Source of the DNA: Podarcis pityusensis
Lineage: Eukaryota
Length of the DNA stretch: 64,000 bases
Direction: 5' to 3' (one strand)
Assembly (NCBI GenBank): GCA_964106645.2
Contig: OZ067042.1
Shown: positions 10,595-22,164 of the stretch, piece by piece
How positions within the stretch are numbered: position 1 is the first letter of the stretch
Layout of the letters: every line of letters begins with the position of its first letter
The notes under the pieces: generated by a model
The model's input: the letters and a program-made list of their open reading frames with translations, nothing else
Told to the model about the DNA's origin: nothing
Database searches by the model: none
Position numbers and translations under genes: made by a program

Positions 10595-13452
10595 TCCACA
10601 GCTGTCCAAGTTTCAAGGTCAAATTGTAAATCCCATGGGAAAAGCAATCCAGAGAATAAACATCCGAGCACAAAAAATTCCAAGACAGCCAGCAGTTCTC
10701 AGAGATAAATAGTTCCACAATCCAGCAGGGGGAGCTCCCCAGAAATTAGGGAGAAGGATAGAAATTTTCCACCATTAAGTTCCCAAATAAAAAATTAAAT
10801 AAAAACCAAAACAAGGGAGAGAACCCTCTGGATTCACTTTAAACTGCAGAAATAAAAGTTCTTTACAAAGGTGCACACAACAGTTCCTTTCTTATAATTT
10901 ACAAAGTAGCCCAATATAACTTTATACCTCATACACAGTTGCCACTGTCTGATGTTACTTTGTATCCAGACAGCCCGAGAGCTGAGTTCGTAACTTTGTA
11001 ATCCACAAAAGATAGAGAGAAAAATCACAGTCTCTGTCCACTTATAATATGGTTTTAACTTTTCTTTAACTTTTAACCAATCAAGTCCGAATTTGCAGGG
11101 TATATTCCAACTTCTTTTAAGCTCCTTTCAACGCTTCCGTTTTAATAAAACTTTGCTTGATACTTTAAACAAAGACGGAAGACTGACTTCCTTTTTAGCG
11201 TCTCCCGCTTTCAGCCGAAATTTACAAATTTGAGTTCAAATAGAGTCTCAGATTTCTTACTCACGAGTAAGTTGTTTCAAAATCAAATGTTGAAGGAAGA
11301 AAGGTCAGCGCTCATCAGCAGCAGCCGCGCGGCTTCACTTCCGCGGAAAGAGCGATGGATTCACATCACCGCTACCCCCTCCACGTTCCGGGGCCCCTTA
11401 CGGAGTCCCTTCTTCGTTTCCGAGGTCGCTCCTGGTGCCCGCCGAATCCCACGGCCACGGGCTCACTCTACCCGTGGTTTTTCTGAATGGGTCGTCGCTG
11501 TGCCGCAGCGCACGACCCTTTTCCGCGGAGCCCCTCTTCAGCAGCTGAAGAGGACCGCCATTGCCGTTTCGCGCCGCCTCCATCTATTTTAAAGGTGCTT
11601 ATTCCCACTCGGAAGCCTGATGGATTCACCATGCCAACTTTGCACATCATGGACAGCTATCCAAGTACACTCTGTTTGTTCTCTGTCATAAGGGATGTTC
11701 ATTGCTCAAGTTATAAAGCCTTGAACAGTGTCTATCATGGAAAACTAGTTTACATTTTAAATAGCCACATAAATACAAGAGCTCAGGTGTTGAGGTAATG
11801 GATCTCTTAGAATGCAGTGAGTTCACCTGCTACACATAGGGGAAGGAAAGCAGAGAGATAATAAAATGAAGGTTTATCTTTTTAGGTGGAAGAACCCAGC
11901 TTGTCCAATGTATATCTGGACCAGGCCATAAACCAGATCTGGATGTAGAGATTGTATTCTTAGTTCAGGATGCCTGAGATCAGTGCCTTGAGCTGGACAT
12001 CTAACAAACCAGTATTATTTCCCTTGAACAGGCACATCTGTCAATCATAGTGAGAGGAACCAATGTTGCATAAGATTGTGCAAAAAATCCATTAATTTCT
12101 CTGTTTACTTGGCTTTGTAAAATTACCCTATTCTCCTTGTTGAGAAATGATTTCCTAGGTTTGGTTTCTTAGAAACATAATTACATTTCTTTGCCATTTT
12201 GTCGGACATCTTGTTTATTTTTGTGATTTTAAATGACAACTTGGAAGGGAGTTAGACAAAAGTACAAACAGTTGCCTCTTCTGAGGGAATAAAGTCCATC
12301 ATCTTTCAAAACAATATGTGCAGTGTGGTTCTCCTGCAAGGGCAAACTTCATCATTTTGGGGTGGTTAAAATAGAAATCACTTAACCTTAACCTCCCCTT
12401 GTGTTCCGTTTGCAGTGAGTCTGAAAACAGGTGAAATGACAAACATTCCACTTGGTAAACGGGCAATAATTGATTAGCAATGAGCAACGCAACTGGGACC
12501 TTATTTGAGCTACAATAAAGCTTAGTTGACTGGAGAAAAAAAGTACCTGGCCTCAAGAGGGGAGGGGAGAGAAAACCTTAATTAAAAATCCATTTAATAA
12601 TACTGGACAGCAAGAATTTGAGATAATGAAATCACAGGTACCCAAAAACTGAAGAGATAGAATGGACCTTAGAGCAAGAAAACTACAACAAAGAGGAGAA
12701 AAACAACTGGAAAGGGATACAAAACAACAGACAGGCACACATGCAGCCAGAAGGGGTGGGTGGGGACTCTGAGAAGCGTATGTGCAAACTTGAAAGGAAA
12801 AAAGAGAGAAAACAAAGGGAACCAAAAAAATAAATAATCAAAGTGGATGTTGCCTGTTGGAAAGAAGAAAGGAAATAGAATAAAAGGGAACAAATAAATC
12901 ACATGGAAAGCCCTAGAACTGAACAGAGGGAATGTGAAATGCCCCAGTACGAAAGGCCGGCAAAATAGCAACCAAATTAACACAAACCATGAAGAAAAGA
13001 AAAGAAAAAGAGTGGAATGAAAACACATTGATTGAAGTATTGATTTAAAATTGCTTGTTTGGAAACAGAAAGGGATTGGGAAGGATGCCAGTAGTGCATT
13101 GGTCTTCTAAACATCCTTGTCTCCCAGGCAGATCTCACATGACCATGTGATAACCAAATGTTTTATGCTTTTTAAAACATTCCTCCCCCAGTTACGGTGT
13201 TTGAACTTCCCTGGTGGAAAAATTCACAGTGATTAAAATCTAGACCTGTCTGTCAAAATGAAAGATCTCTGCTATCTCTCCACCCACTGCCCACTGAAGC
13301 TCAGGGCGCTGCCCAAGTCAGCTAGCAAAGTTCTCATTTGCAAAGGGAAGCAAAGCATTAGCCTTGGTATGAAGTAGAAACTAAGTAGGACCAGGTTAGC
13401 TAAAAAACTAAGTATGAGGCACCTCATGTTTAAATATCTTCAGGAAAAACTA

Positions 13453-13899
13453 CCATATTTTTCGCTCCATAAGACGCACCAGACCATAAGATGCACCTAG
13501 TTTTTGGAAGAGGAAAACAAGAAAAAAAAAATATTCTGAATCCCAGAAGCCAGGACAGCAAGTGAGATCGCTGCGCAGCGATCCCACTGGCTGTCCTGCC
13601 TTATGGGATAGCCGTGCGCAGCCTCTCCCAGGCAAGGGGAGCCTTCATCCCCTGCCTGGGAGAGGCTGCGCGTGGCTAAGGCTTCCCCAAGAGCCACTCT
13701 CCCTTTAAAGAGTGTGCGGAAGGGCAGCCCTTCTCCCTCCTCAGGGAAAAGCCCCCAAGAGCCACACACATGCTCCATGCGGCTCTTTAAAGGGAGCGCA
13801 AAGTAGAGCCTCCCGCCTGCATTCGCTCCATAAGACGCACACACATTTCCCCTTCCTTTTTAGGAGGGGAAAGTGTGTCTTATAGAGCGAAAAATATGG
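13453..13899. mobile_element. Tc1/mariner (pogo/Tigger-like) MITE
   Basis: TIRs CCATATTTTTCGCTCCATAAGAC / GTCTTATAGAGCGAAAAATATGG, flanked by TA on both sides. Confidence 0.8.
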
Positions 13900-15125
13900 T
13901 ACTTTGTCTGTCCCATCAATATGTGAGGCACATCTGACAGAAGCTCAAAAGAGAGCTTTCTTGGTGGCTCTTCCCAGGCTCTGGGACATCTTATCAAGGA
14001 AGGCCCAGCAAGTTTCATCTCTGGTGACCTCCTGCCCACAGGCAACAGCATTTATATTTAGGCAAGCCTTTGGCTCATAAACTGATTTGGAAGTGTGCTG
14101 AAATTGGTTTATAAAAACAAAATTATTTTTTGTGATACTTTACTTAACTCAACAACTTATTTTTATTAGTTTTAAAATGTGTTTTATTATATTGTTGCTA
14201 GCTGCATTGAGCACAATTTCAAAGAAAGACGGAACAATCAACCATGGTGGTTGATTGGTTCCATGTATAAATACCAAGGATAAGCACAGAGGTGACAATA
14301 AAAACGCAATGCTGAACTATAATGCACTACCATTGAATTCAGGCTACTGTCAATATCTTGGATTACTGCTGCCACTATGCAGTCTTTGGAGTAAGTCGTT
14401 GGAAGCCCTGGCTTCCAGATTGGTTGTGATGCCTTCCCAACCCCTTGCACAACATGTGCAGAGGGGATCAGGCCCTACTTAATCTTGCCCCTCCTGGTCT
14501 AAACCAGCACCTCCTGGATGTTCTGTAACCTTGGGTTGCACCAATAGTGACAGTGACCATCTGCTAACAGAGATTTCAGTCCGTTTCCAGTAATGTGTCC
14601 ATTTTGCATGTGTTCAATCATAATTCCACCCTGTTTCTTCATTAACTTGTGATTTAAAAAAAAAGAATTTTGAGTACAAATTTTAATATTTATTTTGTCA
14701 CAAAACACACATGTAAATAATATTTTATCTATATGTAGCTTCTCCTAAAATATGCATTTTTGCTGTATTGGATTGTATTTTTAATGCATTGTATCTGATC
14801 TGTGCATTAGTCTAGGACGTGTAAATTAGGCCAGTACATTTGTGAACCAAACTAAATTCTCCTCTGTTCTTAAGTACCACTAAAATGATTGGTTATTTTA
14901 TAATCTGAGATTAAATACCACAATTTCACATACTTAGTACCTCAAATGTTAACCCCAGTTGCCATAAATATCTGCAAGACTATGCACAATGCTTCAGAAT
15001 TCAACCTGTGGAAATGGGCAAGAGGCCTGTGGCAAGAAACATTTCCTTAAATGACTTTCAACCCATGCCTGCAGGAAGTACCATGTCACTGACAAAAAAC
15101 AACAACACCCCCTGCAGATACTAAC

Positions 15126-15284
15126 CTTCTGATCCTGACTATAGGCCAGAATCCAATCCTCCTGTTTGGGATGGAAGAGCATGCTGTGGATGTAGAAGTT
15201 CAGGCGGTATTTTTGATAGGTGGCGCCTTCATCAGAACTGATCAACAGGCTGCTCTCAATCTCAGGGTCAGTAAGCAACATAAT
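15126..15284 (-). CDS. SORCS1: Internal coding exon of the VPS10 domain-containing receptor SorCS1 (159 bp, phase 0-0)
   Basis: Translates to IMLLTDPEIESSLLISSDEGATYQKYRLNFYIHSMLFHPKQEDWILAYSQDQK, containing an Asp-box-like SSDEGATY motif. From memory this fits SORCS1 (LTDPEIESSLL, RLNFY, WILAYSQDQK) better than SORCS3. Canonical acceptor ttacAG (15285-15286) and donor GTTAG (15125-15121). Neighbouring exons were not found in the window. Confidence 0.9.
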
Positions 15285-15982
15285 CTGTAAGGATCAAGCA
15301 GAGGAATACTGAAGGTTAGGATGAGGATAGGCGAAGAAATAGCTAAAACCTCTAAAGCTCTAGGAAATTTTTTTTTCTTCATGAAAGAGTATTCGTTTTA
15401 GTGAGCGTCATGGCTGTGCAAAGCAACACAACACAAGCAAAGCAAACAAGTTGATACAAAACAAAGGTGACCTTCTCAAAGGCAAAGGGATTTTATAACT
15501 AAACATCCTACTTATTAGAACTTCTCCAAATACTTTTGTAATCCGGTCTACTCTAAGTTCTTCACTGCGTTCAGCATTGCTACAGTTTATTGTAATTTTG
15601 GTAGTGAATGGGATAGGACAGATGTGCCCTATAACTGCATTTTGAGCAGGAGCTCAACAGTTTTGCATTACAGAAAACACTGATCAGTTTTTGTTTGGTT
15701 TCTACCGAACCCCCCTATTCTTTCCAAAAGTGGCATCGACTGAGTAAAATACTATGCCACTGAAAAAATGAAACTTTGAGGTCACTAATGTAGTGTTACT
15801 AATTTAGAGACTGAGCACTGTCAACTGGAAAAGCAAAGGTTAACTTCTCTTCCTCTGAGATTTCACTCATTCATTAACACATGAGCAGCACAAGAAAGAG
15901 AGGGCTGTCATCGTGATGCCAAACACATAGCTCAAAACTCCATAATGAGGGCAAAAGTGAGAGCTGAGAAGTGTCTTAAAGT

Positions 15983-15984
<2 letters not shown>

Positions 15985-16018
<34 letters not shown>
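15985..16018. repeat. (TA)17 microsatellite
   Basis: Read directly from the sequence. Confidence 0.95.
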
Positions 16019-16019
<1 letters not shown>

Positions 16020-17893
16020 CAGAAACTGGAAACCCTGAATACAGACATCAAAGTTTTGGGGGCGATTTCATGGTAGTCCTACATACACTATCAATATGGA
16101 TAGCTGCTTGCATTTCCAGGGTGATTCCTAGTAATATAGGCTACTGTGTCACTATCAACTACCATACTTGACATGCCTACTGTCTTTTTCTACAACAAAA
16201 CCGGTTACAGTCTCAAATACAGGAACTTTCCCACAGTTCTGGACATCATTCTAAAACACCCGAGTCAACTTGCTAAGTGAAAAGTATTTCACTCTCAGCA
16301 CTTGAAACCCTGGAACACAAACAAAAATTTGTCCTCCTTCACTGTGGAAGACTGCCATTGTATTGTTTCTTGACCTTCCCCTGGCCAATTAATGTTTCCC
16401 AAATCTCACTCCTCACTCACAGAAATAAGACAGGATTCAGATTGGATCAAATGAATTAAATCAATGAGAAAGCTGTAACTGGTCATTTTAAAATGGAGAG
16501 ACTGGTTTGCTCTGCAGAACTGAGAGTCGGTATATAGAGGCACTGGACTCTCACTCTTCTATGCAATGTCTCTCCAGAGCTGTGTATACATCAGGGTGCA
16601 AATGCACACAGTTTGCACATATCTGACCCATATGATTTTACGCTGGATTTCCCCTCCTCACATTATCTGCAAATCAGGAAGATCCAAATTCAACAGGGCA
16701 AAAGCGCAGACAGCTGCTTGGATGAATAGACCATGTGGATGATGTGAAAAAGTATGCACAGATGGGATATATAAAATCTACATTAAACTGCTGTGTACAC
16801 CCCACGTCCTTTCTGTCTTTCATCCATGTTCCTCTTTTATTTTCCTCTTTACTTTGAAGCTGGTCATGTCAGCCCATCTCATCACTTAATTCTGCTTTCA
16901 GGAATCCAGATAAACAAATGATAAGTATTTTAATCCGACCGGTGTCATTTCATATAGCTAATAGTACAAAGACATGAAGCAGAATCCACAGAGGTGAGAT
17001 GCTTACATGGGGCAGAAATGCACACGCAACCAGAACAGCAGCACTTCTTTCTGGCAAAGTGGCAACTGCCTTTCCAAATGAACAACAGATTGTCTCTTTG
17101 GCAGTGGGAGCTACTATGGCACCAACATAAAGCCTTGGCTATGCATGCTCTCTGCTCTCCTGCATGCAGATATCAGTTCTTTGGATTTTGGCCACAGTTC
17201 ATTGTACATGCCTGCAAATATGCAACGCACTGAAACAACTTTACATATCTGGCTGCTCTAGGCAGAAACAGTATGAATGGTGCACATAAAGCTCCCTCAG
17301 CAAGATGCACCCATTGGCACGGATATTAAATAGACATATATCAGCATGACTTCTTGTTGGATGATATATCAGCAGTGCCAATATTAAAAAAAAATGAACA
17401 GACAGATGGTTGAGTAATTCCATTACCTAAAACAAAATTAAAACTGATGCATATTAGCTGTTCGCTCAGCCCACCCAACTAAGTAATTAGCATATTTGTC
17501 TGCCTATTTTACACTTCTTTTGTATAGGTATGCATGCATGGATATATGCATGTCCATGCAAAAGCAGGCACACATGTACAGGTATAAGTGTTATGAACAT
17601 ATTTATTGAGTGACATGAATTTTCTATATTTAGTCTTCCATTTATATTATCTGATAGTGTCTCCATTCAGAATCTGTGGACTGGAAATTCTGTAGCAGAG
17701 GGCAAAAGCAAACTGCTCCAGATATCTAATCTGAACTGAAAGCCACCCACTATAGCAGTCAGAATGCTCATAGTATGGACATCTGTGAGACCTGGTGAAA
17801 TCAGTTGAGGTATATAGTTCATTGCATCATCATTACAGATCGTGGCAGAAACTTGCGGTCATGTAAAAGCCACTGAGTCTTGTGATAACATAA

Positions 17894-18171
17894 AGGTAAA
17901 GGATCCCTGACAGTTAAGTCCAGTCGCAGACGACTCTGGGGTTGTGGCACTCATGTGGCCAGCATGACAAAGCCGCTTCTGGCAAACCAGAGTAGCGCAC
18001 GGAAACGCCGTTTACCTTCCCGCCGAAGTGGTTCCTATTTATCTACTTGCACTTTGATGTGCTTTCGAACTGCTAGGTTGGCAGGAGCTGGGACTGAGCA
18101 ACGGAAGCTCACCCCATTGCGACTGGCAAGCCCAAGGCTCAGTGGTTTACACCACAGTGCCACCCTTGTCC
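17894..18171 (-). mobile_element. Sauria-type SINE with internal deletions
   Basis: Reverse-complement (ACCTTT) tail and body shared with the other copies. 13-bp TSD TGTGATAACATAA (17881-17893 and 18172-18184). Confidence 0.85.
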
Positions 18172-19313
18172 TGTGATAACATAATGTCTAACAAATAAGG
18201 ATGGCATAAACTTTTGTGGACTTGTATCTGCTTCATCAAATGCATGAAGTGGTGTGCAAAGTTTGATGGTTATGCACATGTTTGTGAAGGGAAAATAGTT
18301 GTCAGTGGTGAGTTCAGAGGAAAGTGAAGTGTAAAAGCTGAGGACCGTACTGGTTACATTAAGGTTTTATTATATACAAAGTCATTCGTGATGTTTGTAA
18401 CAACACAAACCATTCTCAGCCATTGAGGATGCTTCAGGTACCCTTATTTATTTGTGACAATCCTCCAAGAACATGGGTGTGAGAGAGTGAATAACCATCA
18501 AAAGAAGAGAGAAAGAATGCTTAAAATAGAGCCTATAAAAAATGGAATTTGGTAAGATTTAGGACTCATCCAGACTTTTGTGTTGTGTTTCTAGGCACAA
18601 GTCTTTGTCCAAGCAGGGGTTTTTCTATCCTGTGCTTTCCCTGGGGGGAAATTCCACGTTTTACTATTGAATTGGAGCAAACAACCTTTGGGTTTCTTTG
18701 GGGTTTTTAAAATAAAAAAGCTAATATTTTGAACTTGCATCCCCTGACTTATGAGGCTCACCCTCTTCTAAAGGAGGCACCTGTAAGTAAAATAGAAATA
18801 GAGAACAGTAAAGATTGGGAGGGTGTTTTATTTATTTATAAGATTTCTTAGTGGCACTTTGCCATAAGGTCCATGGGTCGGTTATGCTATTATATACAGT
18901 CATTAAAAACAGATAAAATTGTTAAAATTATAAAACAAGTAAAACTGTTCAAAATGGTCCTACCAAGCACAGGAGCATAGCTGTCACATTCCAAGGTAAA
19001 GAAATGCATCTTCAATATACAGAAAAGCTATATTAAGAGAAGGCTAGATGCACCTCTGGGGGAAGAGGTGTTTAAGTGTTGTTGATAGAGAAAGGCCTCT
19101 CTTTCTACAGAAATATTTGCAGGTAAATTTATACAAATTTATGCTCAATCCATTGATTAACAAGTCATATGATTAGTTAACTAATATATTTAATAGCCCT
19201 GCCACAAATTCAGGGGAAGGGGCTGGCTACATGGACTATATTTCTTTTCTAATTCAATCATATGCAATCCTGTATGCAGGAAGGCTGAAAATACTGAAAG
19301 ACTATGGTAAAAA

Positions 19314-19459
19314 CAGTGTTTTTTTCTGGGGGGATGCAGGGGTACACATACCCCTAAAAATTTGTGAATCTAAGTTTGGTCTCATTGAGGGGCAGTATTT
19401 CAAAATCAGTAGGAAAATGAGAGTACCCCTAAACGTTTTTTTAGGGGGGAAAAGCACTG
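19314..19459. mobile_element. hAT-type MITE
   Basis: TIR CAGTG(T/C)TTTT / AAAAGCACTG and perfect 8-bp TSD GGTAAAAA. Further copies at 31171 and 44387. Confidence 0.8.
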
Positions 19460-19929
19460 GGTAAAAACAAACAGAAACAAAAAGGGGTAAATATTTTACT
19501 TGAACAATGCAAATTACTCTATCAGACATTTTGCTCTGGCTTTTGCCACATTTTCTGGATACTGGCTGAGAAAGTAATTTTTGAATAATATGCCGTGCTG
19601 CTAATTGATAGTAAGCACTTCCCAAAGAGAGTATAAAGCAACATGAGTGGCATCTGTCACTTTGTTAATGATCTAGTTTTATGTGCAGTCATGCTGTAAT
19701 AGATGAAGCAAATCATGGAAAGTTTTGGGGGTTTTCCCCTTTGTCATTATGTTTGGAAATTCTCTTTATTGTGATAATTTGTGGCTATATTTCTATGCAT
19801 GCTTGAGTTGCAAACCAGTGGGTACTTTCCTCAGAATTACTGTATCTAAACATAGATCAGTATATTCAACTGTGAGTATACACTATATTCTTGTGCTTTT
19901 CATCTTCTCATCTAAGTTTGCACAGGATA

Positions 19930-20278
19930 GCAGCTCAAAAACTGTGCATGCATGTACAGCATGGAAGTCTCCAGTTAAAGAGGCATTTCAAAAGGAACAT
20001 CTGTTCAAAAGGAACAAACCAAACAGGAAGGGAGGGGTACGTAACAGCATTATATAGAAAAGGTGTGTGCACTTGCAAAAAGATCCGTGACTCAGAGCAT
20101 GGAAGGCAGATTGAGAGTATGGGTAAAATTGGTAGGAGAGGGAAACAGTGACCTTGCTGTGGGTGTCTGCTATAGACCTCCAAGCCAGACTGAAGACTTG
20201 AATGATGCCTTCCTACAGCAGATTACCAAACATTGAAAAAGGAGATAGCTAGTAGTCATGGGAGACTTCAGCTACCTC
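19930..20278 (+). mobile_element. CR1 ORF2 endonuclease-region fragment (decayed)
   Basis: Translates to ...VGVCYRPPSQTEDL...LVVMGDFSY with stop codons. Upstream LFKRNKPNRKGG. Confidence 0.7.
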
Positions 20279-21743
20279 CAGGGCCTGATGAGCTGCGCCT
20301 AAAAGTACTAAATAACTTTGTCGATGTTTGACAAAGGAAGTCTCACTGAAATAAATAAGGCTTAGGTTGGGGGTGGCTACAGAGCAGTGTTTCCCAAACT
20401 TGGGTCTCCAGTTGTTTTTGGACTACATTTCCCATCATGCCTGACCACTGGTCTTGCTAGCTAGGGATGATGGGAGTTGTAGTCCCAAAACAGCTGGAAA
20501 CACGGATATAGTGGAATCTAATATAGCTTGCATATGTGCTCTTTCTTTACAGAATTTGTGCATTCTTTTCTGAGTTCTGGGACCCTTTCCCATTGCTTCA
20601 CAATGGGAAGGAATCCCCAAGTGCATTTGGGGCACAGCTATGTTGAGAAGAAAAACCATGGGACATATTACGAGTGTATAACTAGGTGGAATGGGATCTT
20701 TTTAAGAACAAGGGCATTTGAGAAGAATATTGTGAGAGAACATGTTATAATGAGCCATATAAGTCTATGAACTAGTCTCCCAGAGGATGTGGATATACGA
20801 TTCAGTGTTTATGAGGCTTAATAAAAATAAATGGAGTAGAAATTCCTGCAGCTACGGATCTCCCTGTCTGTGTAAATCCCTCATTCCCCATGGGTTAAAA
20901 CCTACTCAGCAGCTGTCTTGCCATCAGTTCACCCATCCTCACAATGTTCTACAGTTAATGAACTCTGTGTCACCCTGGGCAAATCTCTTGTTAATAATCT
21001 TGGCACCATCCGTGCATACTCCAGCCAGGTCCGGCCATTTTTATGTTCACTTTGTAATGTAGTAAGTGATGCATCCAGACCTTGCTGCAAGGAAGGCTGC
21101 ACTGGTACAAGGAGCACTTAACCTCTTAGTAACTCGAAGAAGATGCCAAAGACTGTCCACAGAACATTGGAAATAGCAGGAGGGCAAAGGAAAGGGGTGC
21201 TTGTTCTGGGAAGCTGCCAAGTCCTGCCAATTTCCTTCTTTTTTTCAGATGATAAATCCAGCAGCACTGGACTGACATGGGGGGAGGGAGAGGGAAAGGA
21301 AGCAGGATCATGGCAGGCCCCACCACATTTCACATACATTCAGAATATACCACATGAGCATGAAACAAGAAGGATTCCTACAGGCTTGATGTGCCTACAG
21401 TTTGTTTGCATCTACAGTCTGACCCAACAGGGCCAGAACTGTGACACAATAAAGAGTCGTGCCTTCAGTGCAGCTGGTCCAACTCTATCAATTTCACTCC
21501 CATCAAGTCGTGGCCAGGGCTGCAGCCCAGGTGGGCTTGTGCAGCTCTCCTGGCTTCCTGACGCTGTTCAACACTTCCAGTTTCTGAGAGGGAATGGGGA
21601 AGGGTGCATGGAGCTCAGTGCAATGCAGGTGCAGAGTTAACAGTGATGGAGCGGCTCTGCCATTGCGCCCACAGTAAGCTCAGCTTCCTGCTGCCTTGCT
21701 CCTTTCCTTTTCAGCAACCAACAGGGATGTGCAGCAGTGCAGT

Positions 21744-22164
21744 CAGGGGCGTCTTACCCATAGAGGCTAGTGGCGCAGGGCACTAGGGTGCCAATTTCTG
21801 GAGGGCGCCAGGGAAGAGACGGAGGCTGGATGCGGCACCTCCTGGCATTAGCTCGCCACCCTCGCCCGCCTCCACCATGCCAAGCCGAAGTAGTGCCACG
21901 CCTGGAGCCTCCGCCTGATATGGCCACCATGGCACGAAGTGGTCAGCTGAACTGGGAGCCACTACGTCCAGCCTCTGCCTCTTCCCCGCCGGAGGAGCTG
22001 CCCTCCAGCCGCTGCCTGCATCCTCCAACCCCGCAAAGCTGGGTGCATCGCCGGCAGCGGTGTCTTCCCTAAAAAAGGTCGGCAACTCTGGAAAACGGGG
22101 GGGTGGGGCAGGGCACCGGAGGGATCTTTGCACCACGGTGCCAGATATGCTTAAGATGGCCCTG
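21744..22164. mobile_element. GC-rich hAT-type non-autonomous element
   Basis: TIRs CAGGGGCGTCTTA / TAAGATGGCCCTG. TSD AGTGCAGT/AGTGCATG (6 of 8 match). Confidence 0.7.

Larger units (their letters stand above)
5458..11580 (-). mobile_element. Full-length LINE-1 (L1 clade) retrotransposon, about 6.1 kb, apparently intact
   Basis: TSD CATCTATTTTA at 5447-5457 and 11581-11591. Target reads TTT/AAAA on the minus strand, the L1 endonuclease consensus. CpG-rich 5' end and about 990-nt 5'UTR. ORF1 and ORF2 are uninterrupted. AATAAA (plus-strand tttatt 5480-5485) is followed by an A-rich tail. Confidence 0.95.

Noticed and set aside
10110-10712. 200-aa plus-strand ORF antisense to L1 ORF1 (possible ORF0-like product)
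   Set aside because: TTG start, codon-aligned shadow of ORF1 and no recognisable motifs.
12299-12556. Minus-strand ORF containing KLYCSS as a possible next SORCS1 exon
   Set aside because: The expected LYSS.EFGRRWQL...RFYW sequence is absent, so the match is by chance.
14994-15125. ORF-track extension of the SORCS1 exon (VSICRGCCC...)
   Set aside because: It reads through the GT donor into the intron, and similarity to SORCS1 ends at QDQK.
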